Translations under genes and position numbers: made by a program
Notes under the pieces: generated by a model
Told to the model about the DNA's origin: nothing
What the model saw: only the letters and a program-made list of their open reading frames with translations
Database searches by the model: none
Shown: piece after piece, positions 51,580 through 64,000 of the stretch
Numbering within the stretch: position 1 is the stretch's first letter
Layout: each line of letters begins with the position of its first letter
Assembly (NCBI RefSeq): GCF_964355755.1
Contig: NC_092679.1
Location: 10,957,432-11,021,431 of the forward strand
Origin: Antedon mediterranea
Taxonomy: Eukaryota; Animalia; Echinodermata
Reading direction: 5' to 3'
Length of the DNA stretch: 64,000 nt

Positions 51580-53890
51580 ATCCCCAGGCAGTCCAATATT
51601 TGCCCTTGGTGACTTCAATCATTGTCGTCTGAATCGTGTACTGACAATTTTTAAGCAGTACTACATCACATATACAACAAGGGGAGATCGAACACTCGAT
51701 TTATGCTACGGAAACATAAAAAAAACTTACAAGTCCTATAAAATGCCTGCTATCGGAGCCTCTGACCACGACATGATCCAGCTATTGCCTGTTTACAAAC
51801 AGAAGTTGAAGTCCGCGAAACCACAAAACAGACACATTAAATTATGGCATCATGAGAATATTGAACGCCTTCAAGATTGCCTTGATAAAACGGATTGGGA
51901 TTTATTTATTAATTCCGCTGCGGACATTAATGAACTAACTGAATCTGTCTCGTCTTACATCAACTTCTTCGTGAAGACTTGACCATTCCATGTAAATGTG
52001 TCAAAGTTTTTCCTAATGATAAACCGTGGGTTGATAAGAGCGTTAAGGTTGCTCTTAGAAACAAAAGGTTAGCATTCAAATGTAATGATAAAAATAAATT
52101 AATACAAGCAAAACACCAGTTAAAAAACAGTATTAAAAAGAGTAAAAATAAATTTTAAAAAAAAGGTTGAAAATCACTTTAAGGATAAAATGGAATGATA
52201 AAAGATTGATGACAGGTTCTAAAAAGAAGGCTTCCTTTGAGAAGCTTTCCGGGTTTGATGAAGCAAGCCTGGCGGAATCCTTAAATAAATTCTATACCAG
52301 GTTTGATGAGTCAAACTTTAAAGTAGGTCAACTGAGATTTGTAAAAATTTAGTTTCTGAGAGTAACCCATTGATAACCTTAGATGAGGTAAGACATCTTT
52401 TTTGCAGGACTAAATCGAATAAAGCCGCAGGCACTGACAGACTTGGTGGAAAACTGATTGGAAGTTGTGCTTCGGAACTGGCATACATTTTCAGCACATT
52501 TTTTAAATGTCGCTTAGTTTATCAGTTCCATCTATTTGGAAACATTCACTTATTGTTCCTGTTCCAAAGCTGTCACCTGTTATTAGGCTTTAAACGATTT
52601 TCGTCCCATTGCATTAACTTCGCTAGTTATGAAATGTCTTGAGAGGTTTGTAGCTAGTCTGATTAAGCCTGTTGTTGAAAATAAGTTTGACCCAATGCAG
52701 TTTGCATACAGAGCGCATCGTGGTGTAGAGGATGCTACAGCAACACTCCTACATTTCATACATAAACATATAGATCAAAAGGGTACTTATTCAAGAGTTT
52801 TATTTTTTGACTTTTCCTCGGCCTTTAATACAATCCAATGTCATGTTCTTTTAACCAAGCTCTTGAAACTCAACATTAATCCATCATTGTGGGTTAGAAA
52901 CTTTCTCAAAGTCAAAGTAAACAAACACACCTCTAATATACTCTACAATAATACCGGTTTGCCACAAGGATGTGTCTTATCCCCCTGCTGTACATCCTCT
53001 ACACCAATGACTGCTGCCCTCTGTCCGATTCCTGTATGGCAGTCAAGTATGCCGACGACACTGCTCTTGTGGGTCTAATCACAGAAAGTAAGCCTGACTC
53101 TATAAATGAATATTATAATGAGGTGTCAAGGTTTACTGACTGGTGTAATGATAATTATTTAAAATTAAATACCAAAAAGACATGTGAAATGATAATTGAC
53201 TTCCGGAAAATAAATTACATGAAAATCTGAAAATTGGAAACGATAACATTAGGGTTGTGTCTGAATTCAAATATTTAGGTACCACTATTGATGATCGGTT
53301 AAAATGGAACCAAAATACACTCAGACTTTATAAAAAGGGTAAACAAAGACTTTAATATATGATATGCGTCAGCTAAGAAAATTTAATATTGACAACACAA
53401 TTCTTAAACTTTACTATAATTCTATGATTTCTAGTGTTATTTCATTCTGTTCTACAATCTGGTTTAACTGTTTAAGTCAAAAAGATTATGCATTATGCAT
53501 TATTAAATAAAATACACAGAAGGATTTAGGATTACTGCAATGACCATAGATGATATGACATCTACCTATGAAAATACTGTGATCTCTATGGTAAAACGTA
53601 TCCTATCAAAACCTTCTCATCCCCTCTTCAAAGCATATAATTTTCTCCCATCATTAATCCGACTTCAATCCCACCATGTATGAACAACTCGTTATTCCAA
53701 ATCATTTATCCCTAAGTCAATTACAGTTTTCAACAACACCGTTACTAGATAACTTGGTTCTGTTTAAGTAATTTATTGTGTATAATGTTTTTGTACAATT
53801 TTGTATAGTGTGTGTATTATGTTCTTAGTGTACAAAAAACGAATTTTATTAGACCTAATAAATGCTGTGAGAGCAGTGCATTATCATTAA
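51580..53890 (+). mobile_element. Rex1/Babar-like LINE (APE-RT), decayed
   Basis: GDFNH, TLDLCYGN, GASDH, VFPNDKPW, DPMQFAYRAHRGVEDA, FDFSSAFNTI, GLPQGCVLSP, KYADDT and SHPL. Confidence 0.88.
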
Positions 53891-53899
53891 AGTATGTTA

Positions 53900-54524
53900 T
53901 AATGATTCTATTTTAAGGTCTATTTATATATGTAATCGCGTGTGATTGTTTGTTAGCAGGATTACTCAAAAAGTAATTACAAGATCTTTCCCAAAAAAAA
54001 AAAATACAGATAGATATGTAGTCAAGGACCACTCCATTCAATTTTGGAGGCGTTCCGGACCATGGTCCTAATTCTGGACCACTTTTTAGAATTATTTTCA
54101 GACCTGCTAGTGTTAAAAGATAGGAAAGAATTTTCAAAAGCCGGTGAGCAGTCTTAAGTAACAAGTAAACTAAAACTGCATTTTCTCGAGAACTACTTGT
54201 CCAAAAAACTTCATTTTTGTTCAAGAGGCAAGAATTATAATTTGTGGTTTGTAATTTTAAAACGTAATTAGATTTAATGTACACGTTTTTTGATGCACTC
54301 GTTTGTTTTTTCGCGTTGCTGTTCTATTGTTAGTCAGCTGAAGCTATTGTTAGTTGAAAGGCTGGTTACATAACCATTAGATCAAACTCGCATACACATG
54401 CTTGTAGTGAAATTAGCCTAAATCACACATAGCATTAAGACACACAACATTTTTCCAGAGACTAAATATGTAGAAGAATTTTACAGTAGACGGAGGTATG
54501 CACTCTCTGAGTGGCTTTCTAGTT
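53900..54524. repeat. Helentron/Helitron-like non-autonomous repeat
   Basis: Reverse copy of ~31290-31645. The 3' signature CGGAGGTATGCACTCTCTGAGTGGCTTTCTAGTT lies at about 54491-54524. Confidence 0.6.
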
Positions 54525-55131
54525 ATTATTGTTATTGTTTTACAAAATACACAATTGTATTTATTGTCTACCATTTCACTGTAATTATAATTTGGATTGC
54601 AATTTACTTCTGCCCACCTACATTTGAAGATGTTGAGCCATGTGTTGTTTGTAGAACAGACAAGACATTTTTAATATGAATTTAATCTGTTTCATTTAGG
54701 TGACAAGTTTAGAAGCCGATATTTACACTGAAGTTCTTCCAATCACTCCTTGTATAATAGCCCTTGGTAAGTAATAATGCAATGAAACTCTAAAAAAAAG
54801 CATTGGAAAAGTTTTTTTTTCATGTTATTGCATTTACTATGTTTGTTGTTGAAATGTTATATATTCCATCTTTTAAAATGTTTATTTCAATATTCAATTC
54901 AATTATCTATTTTGTCAAGCACTTTGGCTCGAAAATTGTCTTGCATGGGTAAAATACAGACAGTATGACCAACAGGATAAAATACAAATGCAATACATAC
55001 TAAAATTTCAGGAAAAGGTAAAACATGGCAAGTAGTAAAATATCATTAAATGGTTAAAGAACAGAACACTATATGCAAAACTTAGATAATACATATATTG
55101 AGCTAGCATTAATGTTACGATACTGTTAAAT

Positions 55132-55286
55132 ACATAATAGAAAAATAACGCTTAAAATAGAACGACCTTTCGACTCCATCATGGGGTCATTATCAAGTCC
55201 AATGACCCCATGATGCAGTCGAAACGTCGTTCTTTTTTAGGCGTTATTTTTCTATTATGTATATTTACAATAAACGTACCCTCATT
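55132..55286. mobile_element. 155-bp palindromic Penelope-type remnant with minimal hammerhead motif and 14-bp TSD
   Basis: CGATACTGTTAAAT at 55118-55131 and 55287-55300, with inverted arms between. Minus strand reads GGAC-TTGATAA-TGACCCC-atgat-GGAGTC-GAAA-GGTC-GTTC. Confidence 0.7.
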
Positions 55287-55969
55287 CGATACTGTTAAAT
55301 TTCCAGAAAAGTTCTTTGTCACAGCTGCTTTCTTTTTAATACAGGTACTTCAGCACTGACCTCAACTTCTTTCATGCTAGTTGTTGACCGAGAAATAGTA
55401 ATTTGCAACATCCACTCCCCATTAGAGGCATTATGCATGTTGTTTGCATCCTTTTTCGTTTTTAACATTGAATATGGAGATAAAAACAGTGCAACTTTAG
55501 AGTTTGTGCAATGGTAAGTATTAATATTTAAATGGTATTTAAGATTCATGTTAATTAAATGTTGCCTTTTCAGATGCTCCTGGGGTATGAAAAATAAAAA
55601 ACTCTCTACTTTTGTTTAATCAACAATGTTGTCCCTTGTAATCACTAAGAATTATCTGAAGTCTCATATCAAAATATAATGAATAATTTGTCATGCCTGC
55701 TTGTATTTTATTTTTTTTTAGCTGTTTGGTTCGCATTAACCCTATTGGTCCAAAACAAAGAAAACCGTAAAAAACAAAAAAGAAGTAGTGTTAATCCAAA
55801 AGCAGTTTCTCTCATCAATGGGCTGAAAGATTTTGAATCTGATTGGAGCCAGTAAGAAAGTTTTTTGAAAGTAACACTAAATGGAAATTTAGGTAAATTG
55901 AAATACCCAGATGATCATTAAATAATTTCTTACTAATAATTATGTTGTACTAAAATAATCACTATTCAC

Positions 55970-56545
55970 TATGCGACCGAGAAGGTAAGACGTACATACG
56001 GAGCTCCGCCACAAATATTTTATACTTTGCCAACACTACACATGGTTCTTAATCTTTAGGATTTCATAAAGTAGTAAGTTATTTTACCTTTAAATTGCAT
56101 CATTAACAGTATTTAATCATTAAAATGAGTACTAGAAAGAGTAAAAGTTGGCCGATCCAACACCTATAACTGACTCAATTGAAATTTCCCCTACTACTAG
56201 TGACACGTCAGCACAAATAAACGCCCTTAGTAGTGAGCTCCAGAAATTGGCAGCTGATATTAACTCAAAAATTGACAATGGAATTAAATCAATAAAGATA
56301 ATCAACAGGTATTGATTAACAGAATGGAAGAAATAGAAAATAAACAATATGTTATGGAAAAATCACTGGAATTTGTTTCGGAAAATACAACTAAAAAAAA
56401 ATCGGAAGTGACTGGACTGGAGGCTGGCTCACTTCAATTGAGGGGAACTGAAAGAAAAGGGTGACAGAAAAAGGAGAAGGAATTACTCAAAATGGAAAGA
56501 TACACTAGGAGTTTAAGATTTTGAGGCATCCCAGAAAAGGAAGGA
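55970..56545 (+). mobile_element. LINE 5' end and decayed ORF1 (coiled coil and RRM start)
   Basis: AGACGT...CGGAGCTCC 5' motif, then MEKSLEFVSE and MERYTRSLRF*GIPEKEG. Confidence 0.55.
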
Positions 56546-56546
56546 T

Positions 56547-56951
56547 GTCACAACAAGTGTTTTAAAGTTTTGTTCCATTGTACCATATGAGGGGGTCATT
56601 CATGCATAGCGGCCTCTTGGATTGGATGATGGGGTGGTATATAAAGTGTGTGCGGGGACGGTGCGAGGTTGAACAAGGAGTTGGGAGTAAGCTGATAGGG
56701 TGTGGGAAACTACTAATGTTGTATGGATAAGATGCTAAGCGGAGAAAATAAAGAAAACCAAAAAGTAAGAGATATTTGATGCACACTTCAGCGATATTGT
56801 AGTCTTGTAATAAATAACTTCTAAACTAAGGTTTCTTTTACGGCTGATAATTGAGTGGTACAGGATTGAAGGACGGCTTGACTAATGGAATAACCAAAAC
56901 ATTCGGGAAACCAGAACACTTGTGAGTACAAAACCGCAGTGGAACGTGATA
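56547..56951 (-). repeat. Possible solo LTR
   Basis: TGTCAC...GTGATA near-inverted ends and a minus-strand TATA at about 56638. No TSD recovered. Confidence 0.35.
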
Positions 56952-56964
56952 TAGTTTTAATGAT

Positions 56965-57405
56965 ATTATTTGTGTTTTACGCATACTTTCAAAACTCTTA
57001 GAAAGTGCTGTGCATGATCAATTATACTTGTATTTAAGAACTAACAACCTTATTGATCCCTTCTAATCGGGCTTTAGAAAAGATCACTCTACAGAAACTA
57101 CTCTTTTAGATGTTACTGATTATATTTTGGATAACTTTGATAAATGTGTTTCATCTGCTTCTTTATTTCTTGACTTGAAGGAGCATTTGATACAGTTAAC
57201 CATGAAATATTACTTACCAAATTAAGGAATTATGCTTAAATGATATTGCACTTCACTGGTTTAAATCATATTTAAGTGGATGATCTTAAGTTGTTTGTAT
57301 AAATTAAAAAAAATCTGAAACCATGAATGTTAATATTGGTGTCCCAAAAGGATGAATACTGGGACCTTTAGTATTTATTTTATATATTTACTATGATGAT
57401 ACATC
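56965..57405 (+). mobile_element. Highly decayed LINE RT fragment
   Basis: SGFRKDHSTET, FLDLK.AFDTVNH and GVPKG.ILGPL. Confidence 0.75.
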
Positions 57406-57660
57406 AGTAAATTGGATACTATTAGAGAAAAGAAGAACGGTTGCAGAAATAATGCTATAATGTTATTATGTACAACGCTTGTCTGTGAAATAGCCACCTG
57501 ATTTGAAAATTACATGGCATTTTTATCAACGTGTAAACTATTGTCAAACAAATTATTGTGATTATGAATATGGAATAGATACTAAGATTATGAATTAACA
57601 AAAATTATATATGTGAAAAAAAAATAGAATCATTAAAAAGATTTATTCGGTTGATATTAC

Positions 57661-58860
57661 AAATAAAATACAATAGTATATCTGAACCGTAATTGAAATA
57701 GTAAATAACGAATTATTTACCTGACGTTTCGACAACTATCAATTGGCTTTCTCAAACTGTAGTGACACGTATGTCACCGTTGACCTCTAGATTACGGGGT
57801 CAACACATTGGTCCACACTTGACTGAGTTTGTAACTGCACTCATCTCTATTAAAATTGGGGGTCTTCCTGATCCAGATGGATTCCTTAACCCAGCGTCTT
57901 AATCCCAATCAACAGAGTGATTTGTTCAGTTTGGTCAGTAATTGCTGTTGATTTCTGTTTGCGATTGTTTGCGTTTCGATTGTGTGTAGCTCATTTCGAG
58001 ACCAAATCAACGTTCTTTTGGTGTTCTTTTAGTCGAGTGCCCAATTTTCGTCCTGTCTCACCAATATACGATCTGTTACAACCAGCACAGGGGATCTTGT
58101 ATATGCAATCTGTAATACTGAGGGGTGGTACCTTATCTTTTGGCTGCTTACGGATGGTGTCCAAAGGTCTCACTGCGGTGAAAACCCCTGCTTTTTTTAA
58201 ATGTCGTTGGGCTCCGTTTAATACTCCTTTTACATACGGAATGACTACCATCGTTTTGGTGTTCGGCTTGTCCAATTCTGTCCTATGTTTGTTGTCTTTA
58301 GTTGTGTTCATGTCGGTTTGTACTTTTTTGAAAGTCTACTTAGGATATTACCACACTGTGCTAGAGTATCTTTGATGTGACGTTCCTCTTTGTTTTTATC
58401 TGTCTGCTCAGTTATGAGTTTCTCTTTTCTGTCGAAAAGTGTTCTCACTCATTGAAATTCAGGTATTGGTCTGTGTGTGATTTCTTTCTGTAAACTGTTA
58501 ACTTTAACGAACCATCCTCCTTTCTATGAACCAGGTAGTCTAGAATAGGAAGTTTTCCTTCATTTTCTTCTTCATACGTAAACTTGATGTTGAATAGTGG
58601 TATCTCCATTGTTTAAATATTGTGTCCAACGTAAGACTGATCCTGTTTTGATGATTTCCAATTTTAATAGGGATGAGGGCGGTTACAAACGCAGTCAAGT
58701 GTAGACCAATGTGTTGACCCTGTCATCTAGAGGTCAACGGTGGCATATGTGTCACTACACTTTGGGAAAGCCAACTGATAGTTGGCGAAACGTCAAGTAA
58801 ATAATTCGTTATTTACTATTACAATTACGATTGAGATATAACTAACTATTATATTTTATT
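57661..58860 (-). mobile_element. Penelope-like element remnant: RT thumb and GIY-YIG endonuclease flanked by inverted pseudo-LTRs
   Basis: [43 protein letters not shown] and IPYVKG. 57661-57860 is the reverse complement of 58658-58860. Confidence 0.92.
58759..58798 (+). ncRNA. Degenerate minimal hammerhead ribozyme in the Penelope pLTR (second copy on minus strand at 57719-57758)
   Basis: TTGGGAA (TTGAGAA in the other copy), then A-GCCAAC-tgata-GTTGGC-GAAACGTC. Confidence 0.55.
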
Positions 58861-58920
58861 AAAAATGTAGTCATTCAATGAGTGTATAATACATGGTTAG
58901 TTTCAACAGTAAATTCATTT

Positions 58921-61900
58921 TAGACTGTGGGCTACCGTAACCCCCCCTCCCCCCCCCTGGGGATTTTATGACCCATACATTTTTGGAAACCTCACACATA
59001 TAGGTTTTCAAATCAGGTTGTCTGCACATTGCGCAGTGGTGCGTAAACCGATGAGGGCGCTTTTTCCAAAATGGCCGCCAAATTTAATAAAATATTATAT
59101 ATATTGATAAAACAGTAATTTATATGCTAAAATTAACTTGTTTTTTAATTGTTCTGTATTGAAATAATGTGTGGTCAGGTCATGGTATATGTTTGTATTC
59201 CGAAAAGTCAATATAGAGGGCGCATTTCAAAATGGCCGTCGAAAATCATAAAACTTAACAAAATTGAAGTAATTACTAGAAATGATTATATAAACAATCA
59301 GAAAAATGTCAGAATGTCATTTTACCATTCAATAATTTAACTGGTACTGACATTATTTGATTAAACTAATAAAATAATATTATTATTATTAAAATAATAC
59401 AAAAACTTCTATCAAACAAATTAGTTGATGCATGACATTCAACTTTAAACCAATCAGAACACAGATAGCAGTGTAGTAGTCTAGTTGATCAGTTGTATGA
59501 AACCAGTCTAGTCTATATAACATTGAGCTAAATTATCGAAGAAAATTGTGCTTTTTCAACAACAAAGTTAATTCATAGTAAGTATTACAAGCAATTTGCT
59601 CTCCTAGTACAGTACATGGTGCAAAATGTGGACTAGCCTAGGCCTAGGAGAACTTGGTAAAACTGCACAGTTCTGGCTTAACTATATGGATCGAGTTTGG
59701 CTTATCCTTCAATTTCAAAGAGCAACTAAGAAAACAATTTTGATTTGCATTTAGCTAGCCTACAAAGAATGTGTAGTCTGTTTTTTAGCTACGACCACCT
59801 AAACTATGCTAGATATACAATGGTGTATTTCCTGTCTCTCCTAAACATATCAGAGACACATCCCGGAGCAGAGGAGCTCTTGCGACACAATGGTTTCAGC
59901 GTTAAACGATCACAAATTCCGATGTCGAGAAATGCTGTTGACATCACAATTGAACAAACTATCAACCGTCACGCAAAGTGCCATGGTGGAATCATAGGAT
60001 TCAGCAGGAACTATTCGGCATATCATAGGTGGTGCACGACAAGACACAGTAGGGCTGGTTACCTGCAAGCCACAATGGAAATGGCAGACATGGATAACAT
60101 GGAATCGACTTCACACAAGGGCTTGAAGTCCTCACACATCATCAACAGTGAACAAGATACTTGCAAGGGTTCTAGCAGCATTTCATAATTTTGTAAATCC
60201 TTTTGTTGTTGAAAACAAGAACGTCCTCTACTGTCTGTCATCAGGTGCACCAGTATCAGATGAGATCGAACGTGATCTCCTCCAGGCTGATAATATTGGA
60301 AAACAGGCTTACGACAAATTTGTTACGCAACGACTTGTTGAAGGCACAGTAAGTTTTCATCATCCAATCAAGAAGTGTAAACTAAAGACATTTGTACAAC
60401 TTGCCAAATCCTGTAAGATCTCGGGACAGTCAAAGAAGACCAAAGAAGTAAAAGCTGAAAGAAATGTATTTGGTCAGCTTGTACTTTTAGCAATGAAGCA
60501 TGACATTAGTATGGAGAGGGTGCTTAGTTTCTCATTGGGCCCTGTTCCATGGGCATTTGCAACGGCTGATGGTGTTCCAGTGAAGACAGACAAGGCAAAG
60601 CTTATGCATGCATTGGTAGGCGAATCGAACACAATAGAAAGGCCGGCTGGAGAAACCACATATATTGTTCACTGAATGGCTCTGCTGCAAGCACAGATGG
60701 CTTTGCCTGATACATTTGGAGACCTGGCAGAGAGTATATTTGGACAGCTGCCTAAGGTAAAACGTGTGGACTTTGTAACTGATACCTACCTCCCACTATC
60801 AATCAAAGGAATTGAAAGGGCTAGAAGAGGTTCTTCTAAATCCCATATAATTAAAGGAGTCAAGACTAAAGAGCCACGAGACTGGAAATCGTTTCTGTCA
60901 AGCGATGACAATAAGATGACACTAACAGAATTTCTACTAAGTGAATGGAAAAAGAATAAATATGCACCAAGTCTTCATGGAAGAGAAGTTGTATTTGGCT
61001 ATACGAATAAATGCATAAGTCTGAAGAGCAATGATGGCCAAGAAACTATGTCTGAGGAACTTACAGAGTTATCGTCAACACAGGAAGAGGCTGATACGAA
61101 GTTGATTCTCCACTGTCTGCAAATTGCCAGAAATTCATCATCCAATTCTACCATAATCATTCGATCTCCAGACACAGATGTCTTCATTCTTCTGCTTCAT
61201 CACACCCAGGAACTGACTCAAACAATACTATTTGATACAGGTGTTGGCAATAAAAGACGTCTTGTAGATGTGCATAAAGTCATAAGTGATGGGGGAAATG
61301 ATGTGTGTCATGCCCTTCCCGCATTACATGCATTCAGTTGTTGTGACACAACCAGTGCATTTGTTCGTAAGTGGAAACTACTACCTTTGAAGATCCTCAA
61401 ACAGCACCAGGAATTTCTTGGTGCATTTCTGACTCTTGGCCGATCATTGGAAATTGCAGATGAAACTCATGAAAGCTTGGAGCATTTTGTGTGCCGTCTT
61501 TACAACACTAAATCTACTGTAACTGACATTAACACTTTGCGACATGATAAATTTCTGGAAAGATTTAGTGTCAAGCCAGGTGCAATACTTTCGACCTATG
61601 ATGGCATGGATATGAGCCTCCCTCCACCTTGCCGAGATGCTCTTAAAATGCATGTTAAAAGATCTAATTATCAAGCGTTTATTTGGTACCAAGCACACCA
61701 AGCCGTACCAAATATCCCTCAACCAGACGGGCATGGTGTATTCAAAATGAAAAGTTGGACTTGAAGTGGACGGAAGGTGATATGATGCCACATGAGCTGG
61801 TTGACGTATTGGTAGAGGAACAGGAAGAGGAGGATGAGGAGGAGGATGATGATGAGCAAACTGAATTTAACAACTTGATGGACATTTTTTTTGACACGGA

Positions 61901-62736
61901 AGAAGACTAGATAATCTTGTTATTGAAACTTTTATTGTAAATAGTAAGAAATGGCATTTCCAGTTACTTTTCCATACAACATTCTACTAGAGCAACTATA
62001 AAACCACATGTTCTGAAAAATTTGCAACAATTTCCAAATGTATACTACCAGTAGTTAGAGAGATATGACAAAACCAGGTCAAAGGTCATAAAGGTCATAA
62101 ATGTCACTTCCGGTAATTTTTTGACAAAATGTTTCATTAGAGCAAATAGAAATATGCATATTGTAAACAATTTGAGATCATTTACAAGTGTCTATCATGT
62201 AAAGTCAATGTTATGTCTTTAAAATATGGAAAAAAACCCAATAGTGCACTTTTATTAGAATTGTTGGCAGCCATTTTGACAAAACGGTCAGAAATGGCAT
62301 TCCCAGTCCCCTTTACATAAAACTCTCCATTAGAGCAAGTATAAAACCACATGTTCCAAACAATTTGCGACAAATTCCAAATGTGTACTACCAGTAGTTA
62401 TAGAGATATGACAAAACCGGGTCAAAGGTCAGAGTGACAAAAATGTCATTTCCGGTCAAATTTTTACAAAACTTTTCATTAGAGCAAATAGAAATGTGCT
62501 AACTGTAAACAATTTGAGACCATTTATAAGTCTCTACCATGAGTGGTTGCCAAGATAGAGGCACCTGAGCCTATGGGCAGCCATTTTGAAAACGCGCCCT
62601 CACAGGAATACGCACCACTGCGCAATGTGCAGACAACCTGATTTTAGTTCGTATATGGGTAGGGTTAAAAAAAATACTGGTCCCGAAAAATCCCCAGGGG
62701 GGGGGGGGAGGGTCCCGTGTTTGAGCCCACAGTCTA
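58921..62736 (+). mobile_element. Academ (AcademX-type) transposon, internally deleted
   Basis: TIR TAGACTGTGGGCT (13 bp perfect, ~160 bp imperfect) and 3-bp TSD TTT. Confidence 0.9.
59660..61910 (+). pseudogene. Academ transposase C-terminal half with XPG/PIN-like nuclease, frameshifted
   Basis: FFSYDHLNYARY, DITIEQTINR, IKGIERARRG, QEEADTKLILH, SPDTDVF, CDTTSAF, PPCRDALKMHVKRSNYQA and an acidic tail. Confidence 0.88.
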
Positions 62737-63254
62737 TTTGTTTAATCATAGTTGTAGGTGGCTGCCAAAATAAGTTAAAATATTGAGTTATAAAAGAAAC
62801 AAACTTTTAGAGATACCCTGATGTATTTATTAAATATAATGTATGTATTTTACAAAATGTGTTGTTTAGCAAAGATTATAATAGTTCCCCACTATGCAGG
62901 ACCAGATAGATAAATTGATGGCATTATGGTATAATTTACAAATTTAGAAAAAAATTGAAAAATAATTAATTAATAACTTATTATCTATATTATTTCCTCC
63001 ATGATTGTATGTTGTACTGTACTAAAATAATTGTTTACAAAATAAATGATTACAGACTATTTCCTGTTTATTTCAAACTTTAGCTGTTATATTACAGTAT
63101 GTATGATATGAGATATGTCAGTGAAATGCTCGACGCTGATTGAAAATTTACTCGGCACTAACTAGCTTAAGTCTACCCTAAACTACTCGCTGCTGATTGG
63201 CTGCAACTGCTCTAGCATGTAGTATGTACACAATTTTAGGCCTCGGAAAAAGGC

Positions 63255-63464
63255 GTGGGAGGCATATATTTGTTGGGTGTAATGGTAATATGTATAGTGT
63301 AATCAAATAAATATCGGGGAGTTTATTGTTCGGGGGAGGCATTTATTTTTGTGGGTGTAATATGGCAAAAGTATAGTGTAATCAAATAAATACCTCCTAG
63401 ATATGGCCAAATTATAATAATTAATATCGTTTTCGAGAGAGGCGTTTATTTCGAATAAATACGG
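63255..63464. repeat. Tigger/pogo-like MITE fragment
   Basis: Ends GGCGTTTATTTCGAATAAATACGG|TA. Similar tracts occur at about 42000-42460. Confidence 0.45.
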
Positions 63465-64000
63465 TAATATAGCAAAGCAGTCAGGTCTCCGACAAAAAAC
63501 ATACACAGGAAGACGCAAGGAAGTTTTTTTATTGGAATGTGTATTATTTGTAAACTTCAGAGTAGTAATGTAGTGAAGAGAAAGACATCAACAGAGGACG
63601 AGGTTAGTAGCTATGCACACGGTGTATCAGCCTTACATTGTGTATACAAAAGTTTTGATAACGGTACCTTCATCATATACACTGCGGCGTCGGCTGAGAG
63701 ATATGCGCGGAGGTGCGCTTGCCTAGTCTACAGTACATGAAAAATGTGTGAAATATTTAACTCTCTCTAGAATTCATTTATAGTTAAATTTAAACTTTCA
63801 AAAAAATCTATATTCCGGAAAATGGTATATTTTATGCATAGGGGTTTTATATTTTGAATTTATGAAATATTAAATTCTAACTTTTTTTTTTGTCTTTTGT
63901 GAGATTCACTCACTTTTATTTCATTCTTTACAATTGTTACAATAATCTATATCAATTTTGTTTCTAACTTTAATTCACCAACTGGAGACTTATATATAAC

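Larger units (their letters stand above)
50906..55855 (+). pseudogene. SAMD3-like protein of the type found as the second gene of animal EnSpm/CACTA-like transposons; exons ~50906-51575, 54700-54766, 55345-55513, 55722-55855
   Basis: KERPLPSKRREMIRILANDI, LKYEWPFLFEKIGLLHHFKRLVGI, LPITPCIIALG, FMLVVDREIV, LFASFFVFNIEY...ATLEFVQ and INP..VNPKAVSLINGLKDFE*. Contains stops and frameshifts. Confidence 0.72.

Noticed and set aside
63480-64000. Short ORF 63537-63740 and a possible CACTA subterminal region
   Set aside because: No recognisable motif or terminus within the window.

Overview
AT-rich eukaryotic DNA with spliceosomal introns, probably from a marine invertebrate (an echinoderm-like origin is only a guess). 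The window is almost entirely a nest of transposable elements and I can support no ordinary host gene. In order it holds: the 3' exons of a tyrosine-recombinase (Crypton-type) pseudogene; tandem Helitron ends with a solo LTR; an IS3EU-like terminus, a 40-bp tandem array and a zinc-ribbon/HECT E3-ligase gene; and a full-length 2A-PHD-APE-RT LINE split by an apparently intact hAT transposon with a 5-bp TSD. Next come LINE, Penelope, BEL and Gypsy fragments, then a Gypsy element holding an intact spliced Harbinger transposase, whose 3' LTR is split by Academ > Helitron > two MITEs. A spliced SAMD3-like (EnSpm accessory-type) pseudogene follows, with introns swollen by Gypsy, LINEs, a 3.4-kb foldback and a hAT MITE. 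The window ends with Penelope remnants carrying minimal hammerhead motifs and an internally deleted Academ. Family names come from my recognition of motifs, not from database searches.
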